From: Escherichia phage vB_EcoM_ESCO10 | Reading direction: 5' to 3' (one strand) | Length of the DNA stretch: 64,000 nt | Sequence record: OM386655.1 | Shown here: positions 46,142 to 55,469 of the stretch, in pieces | Layout: each line of letters begins with the position of its first letter | How positions within the stretch are numbered: the stretch's first letter is position 1 | Position numbers and translations under genes: made by a program | Notes under the pieces: generated by a model | Database searches by the model: none | The model's input: only the letters and a program-made list of their open reading frames with translations | Told to the model about the DNA's origin: nothing

Positions 46142-46432
46142 TTACTTACGGAACGAGATAAAACCTGCTGCAGTCATTAAGGGTTGCTTTTTAACAAATA
46201 CAGTAACTGAAATAGGAGCTTCAGATTCAAGCTGACCTGTCACTACACCATTAAAGATGTTTTCGGTTTGCTCAGGTTGTGAAAAATTTTCAACCGGGCG
46301 TAAGTCGAACTGCTTGTCTTCACCGAAAACGCGACGTAATTCATTACCTACTGCACTGTCGAACTCTTCAGAAGCTGGGATAACGTTTTCAACTACCAGT
46401 TCTTGACCATTAAAACGGAATGTAGATTTCAT
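46142..46432 (-). CDS. hypothetical protein (96 aa), downstream of alt genes
   Basis: ORF with ATG; occupies T4 alt.-x position; no family recognised. Confidence 0.45.
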   Translation of the reverse strand: MKSTFRFNGQELVVENVIPASEEFDSAVGNELRRVFGEDKQFDLRPVENFSQPEQTENIFNGVVTGQLESEAPISVTVFVKKQPLMTAAGFISFRK

Positions 46433-46489
46433 ATTGTTCTCCTCATGTTTGTGTAAGGTAATAGTACCACATCCTTGTGGTGTTGTAAA

Positions 46490-48613
46490 CTACATTTTGA
46501 ATTTAGTTGGTAAAGCGGAGATGTTCAAAGATGCTGCAAGGATTTCCATAGCTTCGTTGCTTTCAGAAATAGATTCACTAATCAAGAATTGGCTGAATCC
46601 ATCCATCAGGCGAACTTCGCCGGTTTCCATCAAATGGTCACCATCGTAAACAGATTCGCTGAGCTCTGAAGGAGGTGTTACGGTAGCTTCCATAAGGTAT
46701 TTGTGAGACACTCTATCATTCATGGCAAAAGCCGCTACTTTATCAACCTTCAACAATAATCCGCGCGGAAGGATAATTTCTGCTTCTTCGGCATATTCTG
46801 TAAGGTCGCCGGGAGCGATAACTTTAACTGCTTCAGCACCTCGAATAACCATACCAATTTCAGCAATTCTATCCGCAGGGCCTTCAGGTGCAATTGGATT
46901 ACCAAACTCGTCTTCTTCCCATTCTACCTCTTCGTCATCGACTTCACCCACATCAGATGAACTACCACTAGCCAATTTAAACAACTCATCAGCGGAGGAT
47001 AAAGAACCTTCACCACCAACAAAAACGGCTTGGTTGTCGAGGGCCATATAATTTTTACCGAATTCACCAAAGATGTTAGGCTTTAATGAGGCTGACACAA
47101 AGTTCTTAAAGTAAAATGTTTTGTTATCGATATTATGGCGCAGAATTTTGTATGGCAAATCCTGACCACGATACAAAATAGTACCCTTAGGAAGTTTAAT
47201 ACCCTTAGTAAATGCTGAGTCTAAATCCTTAATCAATTTAATAGCCGTTGTATTGTTTTCGGATTCAGGTTTACCTAAAAGGAATAAGTTCATAGGAGCA
47301 TATTCAGCTGCGCAATATTCAATAATAGCGTTGCTTTCGTCTTTGGTTAGGTCCTTAGGTTTAATGAGCTCACCTGAATAAGCATATGCATCACTAATAG
47401 AATCGTTAATTAGTTTATAAACGGCTTCCATAGCGAAAGCAATTCGAGAGGCCTTTTCTGAAGGGGAGCCTTTAAAACGAGCGCTCAAGTTATTAACAAT
47501 TTTCTTAATAATATCCAGACTATTGGTGGTATTGATTTGCGAAAGGCCGCTTAAAAGTCTATCGACTTCTGTATTAAAAAATGCCATATTTTTAGAGTAA
47601 ATTTCAAACCCTTGTTTATCTCTATTAGCATAATTTAGTTTAAATTTACTATCAGTCATTAAAGCGTGCGTGAGAGCAATGGTGTATCTAAAGTTGGCAA
47701 GGTCCTCGCTCTTAGATTTAAACTGAGAAGCCTGGCGCATTTTGGTAATAGCACCTTTTTTAAAGTTCTGGCTAATCTGTTCAATACCTTCATTCTCAGG
47801 GCCTTCGGCAGTGTGAACCGGTACAGAAGCTTCAAATTCGTTATATACCTGCAATTCTTTAGGGGACAAAGTTTCAGGCTCAGCAGTAGAATACTGTGCG
47901 GCTGCTGCCATACGACGGGAAATCTTAGTACGGGTAATGACAGCCTTATCAGTACGTTTCTCTTCAACCTTAGCGATACTTGCCGCCATAGCTTCGACCT
48001 TACTTACGGCTTGACCTGTTTTCTTAGAAACATAAACTTCACCAACTTTAGACTCGACCTTAGTATAAAGATCGGCATCAATTTCAGGCATACCTTTGAT
48101 ATCTTCGATATTAGAACCACGACGTACTAAAAGAACGTAGGTATGTTTTCCACTGAATTGGAACATATCATCAACAACTTTAAACTTACCACCAGTACGA
48201 GCCATTACTAAACGAGCCAATACACGTTGTACAGTAGGGCCCTTACCTTTCATTTTCTTAGTAGGGAAACGGAACAGAACTGCGTCCATTTTAAGTTTGT
48301 TTACTTGTTCATATACTGTATCGAAAATAGTATTCAATGCACCAAGTGGGTCAGAACCAAGTCCACCTTTGAGTTCAGCCGGGGCTCCTTTGCTTGACAA
48401 ACTCATTAGAATAACATGAACATATTTGTCACCCGGCTTAACCATTTTAACTGCGTCTCCTTGAGACGCATAAGATACCATACGAGCAACAAGGTTATCA
48501 TTACCTGGAGCTTGAATAGAGAAAATCTGTGGGATACCGGAACCTGGTTTAAGATTTGTTACTGGATAGTTTTTAGCGGAATCACTATCAAAAACTTCGT
48601 TTAAATTTTCCAT
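46490..48613 (-). CDS. Alt-like ADP-ribosyltransferase, paralog 2
   Basis: 707 aa; collinear with Alt (GSPAELKGGLG, MKGKGPTVQRVLARLV, TKISRR...); retains YRGQDL Arg, FKNFVSASL and EEAEIILPRGLL (ExE) motifs. Confidence 0.85.
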   Translation of the reverse strand: MENLNEVFDSDSAKNYPVTNLKPGSGIPQIFSIQAPGNDNLVARMVSYASQGDAVKMVKPGDKYVHVILMSLSSKGAPAELKGGLGSDPLGALNTIFDTVYEQVNKLKMDAVLFRFPTKKMKGKGPTVQRVLARLVMARTGGKFKVVDDMFQFSGKHTYVLLVRRGSNIEDIKGMPEIDADLYTKVESKVGEVYVSKKTGQAVSKVEAMAASIAKVEEKRTDKAVITRTKISRRMAAAAQYSTAEPETLSPKELQVYNEFEASVPVHTAEGPENEGIEQISQNFKKGAITKMRQASQFKSKSEDLANFRYTIALTHALMTDSKFKLNYANRDKQGFEIYSKNMAFFNTEVDRLLSGLSQINTTNSLDIIKKIVNNLSARFKGSPSEKASRIAFAMEAVYKLINDSISDAYAYSGELIKPKDLTKDESNAIIEYCAAEYAPMNLFLLGKPESENNTTAIKLIKDLDSAFTKGIKLPKGTILYRGQDLPYKILRHNIDNKTFYFKNFVSASLKPNIFGEFGKNYMALDNQAVFVGGEGSLSSADELFKLASGSSSDVGEVDDEEVEWEEDEFGNPIAPEGPADRIAEIGMVIRGAEAVKVIAPGDLTEYAEEAEIILPRGLLLKVDKVAAFAMNDRVSHKYLMEATVTPPSELSESVYDGDHLMETGEVRLMDGFSQFLISESISESNEAMEILAASLNISALPTKFKM

Positions 48614-48616
48614 TAT

Positions 48617-50701
48617 TTACCCTTGGATGAATTTTTCTGGGATGTCGTCAAAATCAATACATGAAGCCAAAAGAGGCAACACATCAAAACGTGTGGATTT
48701 TACAAATGAGTCAAAGGACACAGGACTTTCGGAAGTATCAAAATCATCTTGGTATACAGCCAATTCACCGGTTTCCATTAATACGTCACCATCATACACT
48801 ACAGATTCTTGAAGCTCATCTGTTGTCATAACTTCAGCTTGAATGAGCTTTGTATTACTAGATGTTGTCCCGTCATTATTAGAAGCATCAGTTATTTTAT
48901 TAACTTTGACCATCAATCCGCGCGGTAGAATAACTTCAGCTTCTGTTGCTATACCTAATTGGCCTGGATAAACAACATTAACTTTATGAGCACCGTCAAT
49001 AGCCCATCCTATTTGAACTTTAACGTATTCAGGATTTTCTCTATATGCTCTTATTTCGCTTGGGTTAATAGTTATTCCTTCTTCATTTTTATCAACTGTT
49101 AGTTCATTGCGAGCTTCTGGTTCTAAAAGACCCACGCCAGCGTGAGTAACACCAAAACGACCAAAAATAATAGGAGTCAGTGAAGTAGATACAAAATTTC
49201 TAAAATAGAACACTTTATTTTTAACTAGTGCTTCGTATATAGGAGCAGTCATACTTTGGGCACGATAAACTGTAATGCCTTCTGGTATACGGTCTCCATT
49301 TTCAAAAGCTGAATCCAGATTATTAACGGCAGATTCGATATCTTTTTCGCCCATAACCTCATAGTTCTGAGGATTATAACGTCCTAAAAGAAGGTTATTG
49401 ATATCACCATATCCGGAACCACAATATTCACGAATACCACGTTTTTGAGAAGGGGTATATTTATCTGCACTATGACCCAAAGTAATATCAACCATAATAC
49501 CGCCGCCCACACCAGCAAAACTATACACACGTTTTTTAATGAACTTGGTCTTGGCTGCTTTCCACTTGGACTCAGTCAATTCATTCCAGAGGTCATCAGG
49601 TTGCCCTTTACGGGTTTTGTTGTGCGTGGCCACCCACTCGCCTTTATATTCTTCGAAGACACTGTTAATAACCGAAGCATATTTTTCCAGAGCTTTAACA
49701 GATGTTAAAGGTTCATTTTTGATAGCCGTAAGGATTCTCTCTTTAATTTTCTCTTGGATTTCACCAATAGCATGAAGTGGGAACATTTTATATTCGTAAT
49801 GCAACTCTTCAGCAGTACCTTCAGCCACTATATTAACAACCTTATTTTTAGCCGCTGGAGAATTATTATTCGTAACCATTTCCTGCGCGTCAGGGATTAA
49901 TGGAGCTGTAGCCGGTTTATTAAAATCTGCTGAAGTAGCTTCATACTTCTTAAACAGTTCGCTTTCATTACGATAAGATTCTAACGATTGGCTTGCTGCA
50001 ATCGCTCGCCGCGAAATCTTAGTTTTGGTTATAACCATTTTATCAGTGCGACGTTCTTCAACTTTAGCAATACTGCCGGCAATAGCAGTTTCTTTAGTAA
50101 CCTGCACGCCTTCTTTTTTAGAAATATAAACTTCACCAACATCAGAATCTACCTTAGTATACAGTTCAGCATTAATTCCTGGCATACCTTTGATATCTTC
50201 GATATCAGCTTGTTTACGAACTACTAGGATATACGTGTGTTTACCTGTAAATTGGTACATGGCCGGAACTACTTTGAAGCGTCCGCCTGTTTTTTGAGTT
50301 ACTAAACGTTGGATAATTCTCTGGACAACAGGACCTTGACCTTTCATTTTCTTGGTAGGAAAACGGAACATAACAGCATCCATACGAAGCTTTTTAACTT
50401 GTTCGAATACTACGTCGAAAATGGTATTAATAGCATCAATAGGAGTAGGGCCTAAGCCGCCTTTAAGTTCAGCTGGTGAACCTTTAGCTGAAAGGCTCAT
50501 AAGGATGATGTGGGCGTATTTATCACCTAATTTAACCTGTTTAATAGCATCGCCTTCAGAGGCATAAGATACCATACGAGCAACCAATTGGGATTCGGCA
50601 TTACCGATCTTCCAAATCTGGGGCACTTTAAGTTTTGGGTTTAAGTTTACAGTAGGCAGGGTGCCTTCAGACTCAAACACTTCATTTAATTGTTCGGTCA
50701 T
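48617..50701 (-). CDS. alt: Alt ADP-ribosyltransferase (packaged, injected)
   Basis: 694 aa; C-terminal EAEVILPRGLMVKVNKITDASNNDGT...KLIQAEVMTTDELQESVVYDGDVLMETGEL near-identical to T4 Alt; FRNFVSTSL STS motif. Confidence 0.9.
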   Translation of the reverse strand: MTEQLNEVFESEGTLPTVNLNPKLKVPQIWKIGNAESQLVARMVSYASEGDAIKQVKLGDKYAHIILMSLSAKGSPAELKGGLGPTPIDAINTIFDVVFEQVKKLRMDAVMFRFPTKKMKGQGPVVQRIIQRLVTQKTGGRFKVVPAMYQFTGKHTYILVVRKQADIEDIKGMPGINAELYTKVDSDVGEVYISKKEGVQVTKETAIAGSIAKVEERRTDKMVITKTKISRRAIAASQSLESYRNESELFKKYEATSADFNKPATAPLIPDAQEMVTNNNSPAAKNKVVNIVAEGTAEELHYEYKMFPLHAIGEIQEKIKERILTAIKNEPLTSVKALEKYASVINSVFEEYKGEWVATHNKTRKGQPDDLWNELTESKWKAAKTKFIKKRVYSFAGVGGGIMVDITLGHSADKYTPSQKRGIREYCGSGYGDINNLLLGRYNPQNYEVMGEKDIESAVNNLDSAFENGDRIPEGITVYRAQSMTAPIYEALVKNKVFYFRNFVSTSLTPIIFGRFGVTHAGVGLLEPEARNELTVDKNEEGITINPSEIRAYRENPEYVKVQIGWAIDGAHKVNVVYPGQLGIATEAEVILPRGLMVKVNKITDASNNDGTTSSNTKLIQAEVMTTDELQESVVYDGDVLMETGELAVYQDDFDTSESPVSFDSFVKSTRFDVLPLLASCIDFDDIPEKFIQG

Positions 50702-50723
50702 AATAATTCCTCTTTAATAACCG

Positions 50724-50731
50724 TATTTATG
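50724..50731 (-). promoter_or_regulatory. late-promoter-like CATAAATA upstream of alt
   Basis: Minus-strand read CATAAATAcggttattaaagaggaattattATG; one mismatch to TATAAATA. Confidence 0.35.
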
Positions 50732-50737
50732 CCATTA

Positions 50738-50754
50738 AAGGCCCGAAGGCCTTT
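50738..50754 (-). terminator. hairpin AAAGGCC-CGAA-GGCCUUU between small ORF and alt
   Basis: 7-bp stem, GNRA-type loop, immediately 3' of the 60-aa ORF. Confidence 0.55.
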
Positions 50755-50755
50755 A

Positions 50756-50938
50756 TTAAAGTACTAATAGCGTACGGTATACTTCAAACTTAGGGCCCTT
50801 TTCATACCGGTCAAAAGTATCTTTGAAATCAGCAAAAGTGATTTCATTATCAAATTCAAGGATAATTTGTGAACATGAAGTAGAAACATCTCCACCTTCT
50901 TTATATCCAATAACCACGGTTTCTAAATAAGCTTTCAT
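50756..50938 (-). CDS. hypothetical small protein (60 aa)
   Basis: ORF track 50756..51004; ATG 50938 starts 1 nt after ligase stop (MKAYLETVVIGYKEGG...). Confidence 0.4.
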   Translation of the reverse strand: MKAYLETVVIGYKEGGDVSTSCSQIILEFDNEITFADFKDTFDRYEKGPKFEVYRTLLVL

Positions 50939-50939
50939 A

Positions 50940-52463
50940 TTATAACCCTGTCTGAGACCAATCACCAAATACGTCTTCAAACGTATCAGCTTCTGTTTTA
51001 TCAAATCGCCAACCTTTAATAATTGGGAGGAAAATACCTACAGTATCAGTACGTCCTTTAGAATGAACCCAACCATTGCATTCACAATCAGCAATACGTC
51101 CAATCAACTTACCTTCACGTGCTTGTTTCATAAGAAGTTCACGGTCTAAATCAGGACGATCTTCCAATGGAATCGACACCTTTTTACCTGATTTATCTTT
51201 CTTATGGGTGGTATCTTTAAAGCCAGAACCGCAGTCACTTGTAATTCGACGACAACGTGATACTAACTCGACACCACCAAGTTTGTTAGGGTCTTTAGAG
51301 TGTTCATAATAACCTACTACTTCTAAAGCGATATCGATTACTTCTTTGAACTTGATAAGATTCTTAGAACGGCGGTTTTCCCAGTAGGAGTCCATGTTCT
51401 TAAGGATAATACCTTCCAGACCTTGGTCGACGTATTTTTTATAAACGACTTTAGCTTCAGCCAAATTGTTAACCCATTGGTTTTCAATAGCTTCAACACG
51501 TGTTGTACCATGCAATACGACATTATGAGCAACCATAAGTTCTAAGGCAGTAAAGCGTAAATCATACTTATCGCCTTTAATTTTACCTTCGGAATACACT
51601 ACATCTAACGGAACGTAATCCCACGCCTGTAATACCATGCCAGCAGCTTCAGTAGCAGAAATAGTTCCTTGAAGAGCTTTGTTAGCCAAGCCGTTTGATG
51701 TAGAACGATCGGCGACGGTTTGGAATTCCTTTGCCTTACTTAATTCAGGGACTTCTTCATCAAACATGCTAAACAGGTCATTGGATGTTTTGGGTTCAAC
51801 CTTAGGGGTATGGTAAACTAATTCACCGTCAATCATAACACCATTAGGATGACGTTTACGAGCTTCTTCAGTCATCACCATTAATTCGGCTGCCAAAAGA
51901 TTAAGTCCTTGGTATTCATTACCACCACGGGTAAGGAATGTAACACCCGAATCACGTACTTCAGCAAAGCAACGAGCCCCATCAGCTTTTAATTGAGCAA
52001 ATGCAGGCCATTTAATATTTTTCTTAATCAGAGCTTCATCATAAGAACTAGCCAACATCTGAGGTTGTTCAGGGATTAAACCTTTCCAAACCTTGTTGGC
52101 AATAGAAATAGATGCACCACATTCAAGGTCACGCATCATTACACGACGTAATACCTCAACATCTTGTCCTTTGGCATCGGCAATAATTTGGGCAAGTTCT
52201 TCAATGGCCGCATTACCTGTAATCTTACGGGTGGCTAATGTGAACTCAGCGAAATCAAGAAGGTCTTCAAGTGTAATCATACCAAAGGATTGAGACGTAA
52301 ATCCAGGTTCTGGCCACTTTTTAATACCGTAGTTTAATCGGCGCGTATAAGCCATACGATAAACACGTTTAAGAAGCTCGTTGTCCTTTTCACGAGCAAT
52401 AATAGCTTCTTTAGCTTTGGTAGAATCGATAGCAGCAATTTCGTTCAAGATATCTAAAATCAT
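50940..52463 (-). CDS. 30: ATP-dependent DNA ligase gp30
   Basis: ORF track extends to 52502; ATG 52463 with GAGGT SD gives MILDILNEIAAIDSTKAK... matching T4 ligase start; contains FAQLKADGARCFAEV with active-site Lys motif KADG. Confidence 0.95.
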   Translation of the reverse strand: MILDILNEIAAIDSTKAKEAIIAREKDNELLKRVYRMAYTRRLNYGIKKWPEPGFTSQSFGMITLEDLLDFAEFTLATRKITGNAAIEELAQIIADAKGQDVEVLRRVMMRDLECGASISIANKVWKGLIPEQPQMLASSYDEALIKKNIKWPAFAQLKADGARCFAEVRDSGVTFLTRGGNEYQGLNLLAAELMVMTEEARKRHPNGVMIDGELVYHTPKVEPKTSNDLFSMFDEEVPELSKAKEFQTVADRSTSNGLANKALQGTISATEAAGMVLQAWDYVPLDVVYSEGKIKGDKYDLRFTALELMVAHNVVLHGTTRVEAIENQWVNNLAEAKVVYKKYVDQGLEGIILKNMDSYWENRRSKNLIKFKEVIDIALEVVGYYEHSKDPNKLGGVELVSRCRRITSDCGSGFKDTTHKKDKSGKKVSIPLEDRPDLDRELLMKQAREGKLIGRIADCECNGWVHSKGRTDTVGIFLPIIKGWRFDKTEADTFEDVFGDWSQTGL

Positions 52464-52473
52464 AATCACCTCA

Positions 52474-52752
52474 TTAGTCATGGATTCTATTATAAGCCAC
52501 ATCAGCCAAAAGCAAGTCTAATCTCTTATGATAAGAGAACACAAATCTCATTTGACCGTTGGATTTCATTTTAGACATAAAGTGGACATAGATAAATCCT
52601 TGCTCAACGCATTCACGCCAGACCGGATGGTCTTTAGCAGGGTTTACATCAAAAGAATAATCATGATTCACATGTCGAATAAACTGGTTTACATGACCGT
52701 AATCCATTGTAGTGGTAGGGCCACGGTCTGAAATTGTATGAACTACAAACAT
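52474..52752 (-). CDS. hypothetical protein (30.1 position)
   Basis: ORF track starts at TTG 52776; ATG 52752 with GAGGT SD; 92 aa. Confidence 0.45.
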   Translation of the reverse strand: MFVVHTISDRGPTTTMDYGHVNQFIRHVNHDYSFDVNPAKDHPVWRECVEQGFIYVHFMSKMKSNGQMRFVFSYHKRLDLLLADVAYNRIHD

Positions 52753-52753
52753 A

Positions 52754-53392
52754 TTAACCTCGAGCAACCCATTCAACGGCTGTATTATTACGAAGAGATT
52801 CGATAGCTGCTATATCGTCCCACGAATTAACCTTTACTGCTAAATTAGGTTTAAAGTCACGTTCACCACGGGCCAACCAATAAACTTGGATATCCATGAG
52901 AACATTAGATGCAGCATCACAGTGGTGAGCCAAATCATCAACATAAAACTTAATACGCTTACCATAAGTATTTTTAGCTCTTACGAACAGGTCTTCTTTT
53001 GATTCTGAATGGCCACACATCAGAATCTCCTTGAATGCGCCAGGGAACAAAGCATTCAAATTGAATTGTCTATTCAGCAGGGCATCAATTGAGTCGCCTA
53101 GCGCAGTCACGGCTACAAAATCGAAGTCTTTTTTGAGCTTGTTGATATGTTTTAGTGCGTCCATATAAGGAGACAGATAACGAATGAAATCTGACTGATT
53201 GTATTTCTCGATTAAACGAGCGCCTAATTCGTTGTCACAATTAAACAACTCACCTGGAGATAAGAAACGTTCGTCCTGAATCATATTCAAAATATGTTCT
53301 AAAGGCAGATTATATTTCTGTGCAAAATAAGGCAAGCCAGACTGCCAACTTAAACATACTCCATCGATATCTGTTAAGATAACTGGTTTCAT
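52754..53392 (-). CDS. HAD-like hydrolase/phosphatase family protein (30.2 position)
   Basis: 212 aa; N-terminal ILTDIDGV resembles HAD motif I (DxDGx); C-terminal YVDDLAHHCD resembles motif IV. Confidence 0.55.
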   Translation of the reverse strand: MKPVILTDIDGVCLSWQSGLPYFAQKYNLPLEHILNMIQDERFLSPGELFNCDNELGARLIEKYNQSDFIRYLSPYMDALKHINKLKKDFDFVAVTALGDSIDALLNRQFNLNALFPGAFKEILMCGHSESKEDLFVRAKNTYGKRIKFYVDDLAHHCDAASNVLMDIQVYWLARGERDFKPNLAVKVNSWDDIAAIESLRNNTAVEWVARG

Positions 53393-53847
53393 AATAAATC
53401 TCTCAATTTGTTTAGGATGTCGATAAACTCTTTTTCAGTTAGTATTGTATCACATTCTGTAAGGTGGCTTGCCATCGAATGCTTTAAAACTTTGCCTTTT
53501 GTAGCTTGTAATGCGTCGCGGAATCCTTTGTTTTGGAGCGCCGCTTCAAAATACGCATTTTCATACAACTCTTTCCATGCTGCAGAGTATCTTGAAAACG
53601 GAACTCCAAGCCAGAACAACGTGCCACGGTCCGCAGCTCTTGCATAAGCTCTTCCAGTTTGTTGGGCTGCAAGCCCGGACATCCTAAATATACGTCTTTG
53701 TTGTTCAACATTTTTCACCTTACACCCTTGGAGGAATCCTTCGAGTCCACCAAATTGGATACCGTCCATAACAAAAGGCCACTTAGCAAAGTTACTTAAT
53801 GCACATGATGGCCATGGGAAATTACTTCTAATTTCTAACTCAGACAT
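53389..53847 (-). CDS. NADAR/YbiA-like (DUF1768) domain protein (30.3 position)
   Basis: ORF track starts at GTG 53856; ATG 53847; SNFAKWPFVMDGIQF...EGFLQGCK resembles the YbiA N-terminal signature SNF..WP...DG. Confidence 0.5.
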   Translation of the reverse strand: MSELEIRSNFPWPSCALSNFAKWPFVMDGIQFGGLEGFLQGCKVKNVEQQRRIFRMSGLAAQQTGRAYARAADRGTLFWLGVPFSRYSAAWKELYENAYFEAALQNKGFRDALQATKGKVLKHSMASHLTECDTILTEKEFIDILNKLRDLL

Positions 53848-54052
53848 CTTTAACACTTATAATATCGATATCACACCAATGGCCATAACCCGGTAGACGG
53901 TCTTCAACAGATAAACCGCTGACATATTTGAGCATCGTTGTTTTCATTATAACAGGTTCAATATCTTGACCGCCTGGGCGAACGTCTGTTACGCGATAAG
54001 TCACTTCGACCATTTCAGTACCTAACAATTTCTGAATCAGTTTCTTAAACAT
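53840..54052 (-). CDS. hypothetical protein (70 aa)
   Basis: ORF with ATG; tightly packed in 30.x early cluster. Confidence 0.4.
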   Translation of the reverse strand: MFKKLIQKLLGTEMVEVTYRVTDVRPGGQDIEPVIMKTTMLKYVSGLSVEDRLPGYGHWCDIDIISVKDV

Positions 54053-54053
54053 A

Positions 54054-54248
54054 TTATCCTCGCTTTAAACATTTGATTACAGACAATTCTTGTCCCATGC
54101 GTACGTCTTCAGTTCCGTCAACCCACAGGACTGAATAGGCTTCTTTAATTACTTTACCGTTAATTTTAAAAGCAGGTAAAACCTTTGAAATCATTCCAGG
54201 AATACCTATGCCTTTTAACTGGACTGTTTGTGATAAAAATAGTTGCAT
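54054..54248 (-). CDS. hypothetical protein (64 aa)
   Basis: ORF with ATG; 1-nt spacing to neighbours. Confidence 0.4.
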   Translation of the reverse strand: MQLFLSQTVQLKGIGIPGMISKVLPAFKINGKVIKEAYSVLWVDGTEDVRMGQELSVIKCLKRG

Positions 54249-54535
54249 TAGAACCTCATCTGAAATCCGTGTGATTTAACATTACCACCATAGACATCAG
54301 AGGTATTGACTTCACGTGCAGCGCTAGGGTCAATGTTAATATCATGGTTGAGCTTAGTGATTGCTAGGGTATCACGACCATTGACGGTACGGAATTCTAC
54401 AGGGCATACCACATCAGCATAGGCCTTAATAGATTCACGAGTAGGCTGTTTGTCAGCAGGAACACCTTTACCGGCTTTAGAGAAAACAACTTCACAGAAA
54501 TTTTTACGAGTATCGAAATAAGTGGTCATAAACAT
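54248..54535 (-). CDS. hypothetical protein (95 aa)
   Basis: ORF with ATG; followed 3' by hairpin. Confidence 0.45.
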   Translation of the reverse strand: MFMTTYFDTRKNFCEVVFSKAGKGVPADKQPTRESIKAYADVVCPVEFRTVNGRDTLAITKLNHDINIDPSAAREVNTSDVYGGNVKSHGFQMRF

Positions 54536-54549
54536 AATATTTTCCTCAA

Positions 54550-54565
54550 GGAGGCCGAAGCCTCC
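54550..54565 (-). terminator. hairpin GGAGGC-CGAA-GCCUCC
   Basis: 6-bp GC stem with GNRA-type loop between two minus-strand ORFs. Confidence 0.45.
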
Positions 54566-54573
54566 ATTTAAGA

Positions 54574-54939
54574 TTAGATATCAAACTCGTTAAGAACTAC
54601 ATCAAAGATTGCTTCAAGATGTTCAGGTTTAGCTCGGTTACTCAGAATATGACGAATCCAAGTTTTAACTAAGAGTTTACGATTATCACCGTTCCAACAA
54701 GGATGAGTGCCTAAATCGCGTTCACGGAAATCATCATCTAGAGCGATTTTAAAGTTGGAACCTTCCTTAGTTATTGAAAGAGTGATACCGTTTTCAAATC
54801 GCATATAAACGTAGTTAGGAGTCATGCACTGCTCGATTTCACATACTGAACCGTTTTCATGTTTCCACAGGCAAATAACTTCAGAAGAACCAGCGATACC
54901 GTTAGAAACATATTTACGTTCGAAGTTGATGTAGTTCAT
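54574..54939 (-). CDS. hypothetical protein (121 aa)
   Basis: ORF with ATG; preceded by early-type promoter-like element. Confidence 0.5.
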   Translation of the reverse strand: MNYINFERKYVSNGIAGSSEVICLWKHENGSVCEIEQCMTPNYVYMRFENGITLSITKEGSNFKIALDDDFRERDLGTHPCWNGDNRKLLVKTWIRHILSNRAKPEHLEAIFDVVLNEFDI

Positions 54940-54945
54940 TTTATT

Positions 54946-55000
54946 ATCCTTTGGTTTGATTTCGTATTATTTGGTACAGGTCTATAATAACACAACCTGT
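54946..55000 (-). promoter_or_regulatory. early-type promoter-like element (-35 TTTTAC, -10 TATTAT) overlapping an 11-bp inverted repeat
   Basis: Minus read: GTTTTACtttggtacaggttgtgtTATTATagacctgtaccaaa; palindrome TTTGGTACAGG/CCTGTACCAAA. Confidence 0.45.
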
Positions 55001-55015
55001 ACCAAAGTAAAACAT

Positions 55016-55348
55016 TTATTTCACAACATTCCAATTTTTCATATCAAGTTTACCAACTTTTTTCATCTGAGCAATCAGACGTTCGGCACGCTCACGAGCA
55101 GTAACATAATAGAATTCACCGATTTTGTTTTCTTCAATACGACCTGTAATTACAGTTTTCAGTTCATAAATCCAACCTGTAAAGAAGTTGTGAAGCTCGA
55201 TAGTAAAGGTGAAATCAGTACCCATACCTTCAGTGGTTTCAACTTCAATAATATCACCTTCAACCGCTGTCAGGACCCACATGGTTTCTTGATATTCACC
55301 GTTGAAACATTTAGCTTTAACAGATGCATTCAGGTTTACAGTTTTCAT
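55016..55348 (-). CDS. hypothetical protein (110 aa)
   Basis: ORF with ATG; preceded by early-type promoter-like element. Confidence 0.5.
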   Translation of the reverse strand: MKTVNLNASVKAKCFNGEYQETMWVLTAVEGDIIEVETTEGMGTDFTFTIELHNFFTGWIYELKTVITGRIEENKIGEFYYVTARERAERLIAQMKKVGKLDMKNWNVVK

Positions 55349-55370
55349 TTTATTCTCCAGTTTGTTTTCG

Positions 55371-55420
55371 TATTTGTTGGTACAAGTCTATAGTATCATG
55401 CCTACTGGAGAAGTAAACAC
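55371..55420 (-). promoter_or_regulatory. early-type promoter-like element (-35 GTTTAC, 17-nt spacer, -10 TACTAT)
   Basis: Minus read: GTGTTTACttctccagtaggcatgaTACTATagacttgtacc; shares tatagacYtgtacc motif with element at 54946-55000. Confidence 0.45.
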
Positions 55421-55446
55421 TTTTTTAAAGATACAGAAACAAAAAT

Positions 55447-55464
55447 GGGACTCCGAAGAGTCCC
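55447..55464 (-). terminator. hairpin GGGACUC-CGAA-GAGUCCC
   Basis: 7-bp stem with GNRA-type loop immediately 3' of small basic ORF. Confidence 0.5.
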
Positions 55465-55469
55465 ATAAC

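Noticed and set aside
53484-53711. 75-aa minus-strand ORF
   Set aside because: Different frame, fully overlapping the NADAR-like ORF; no independent support
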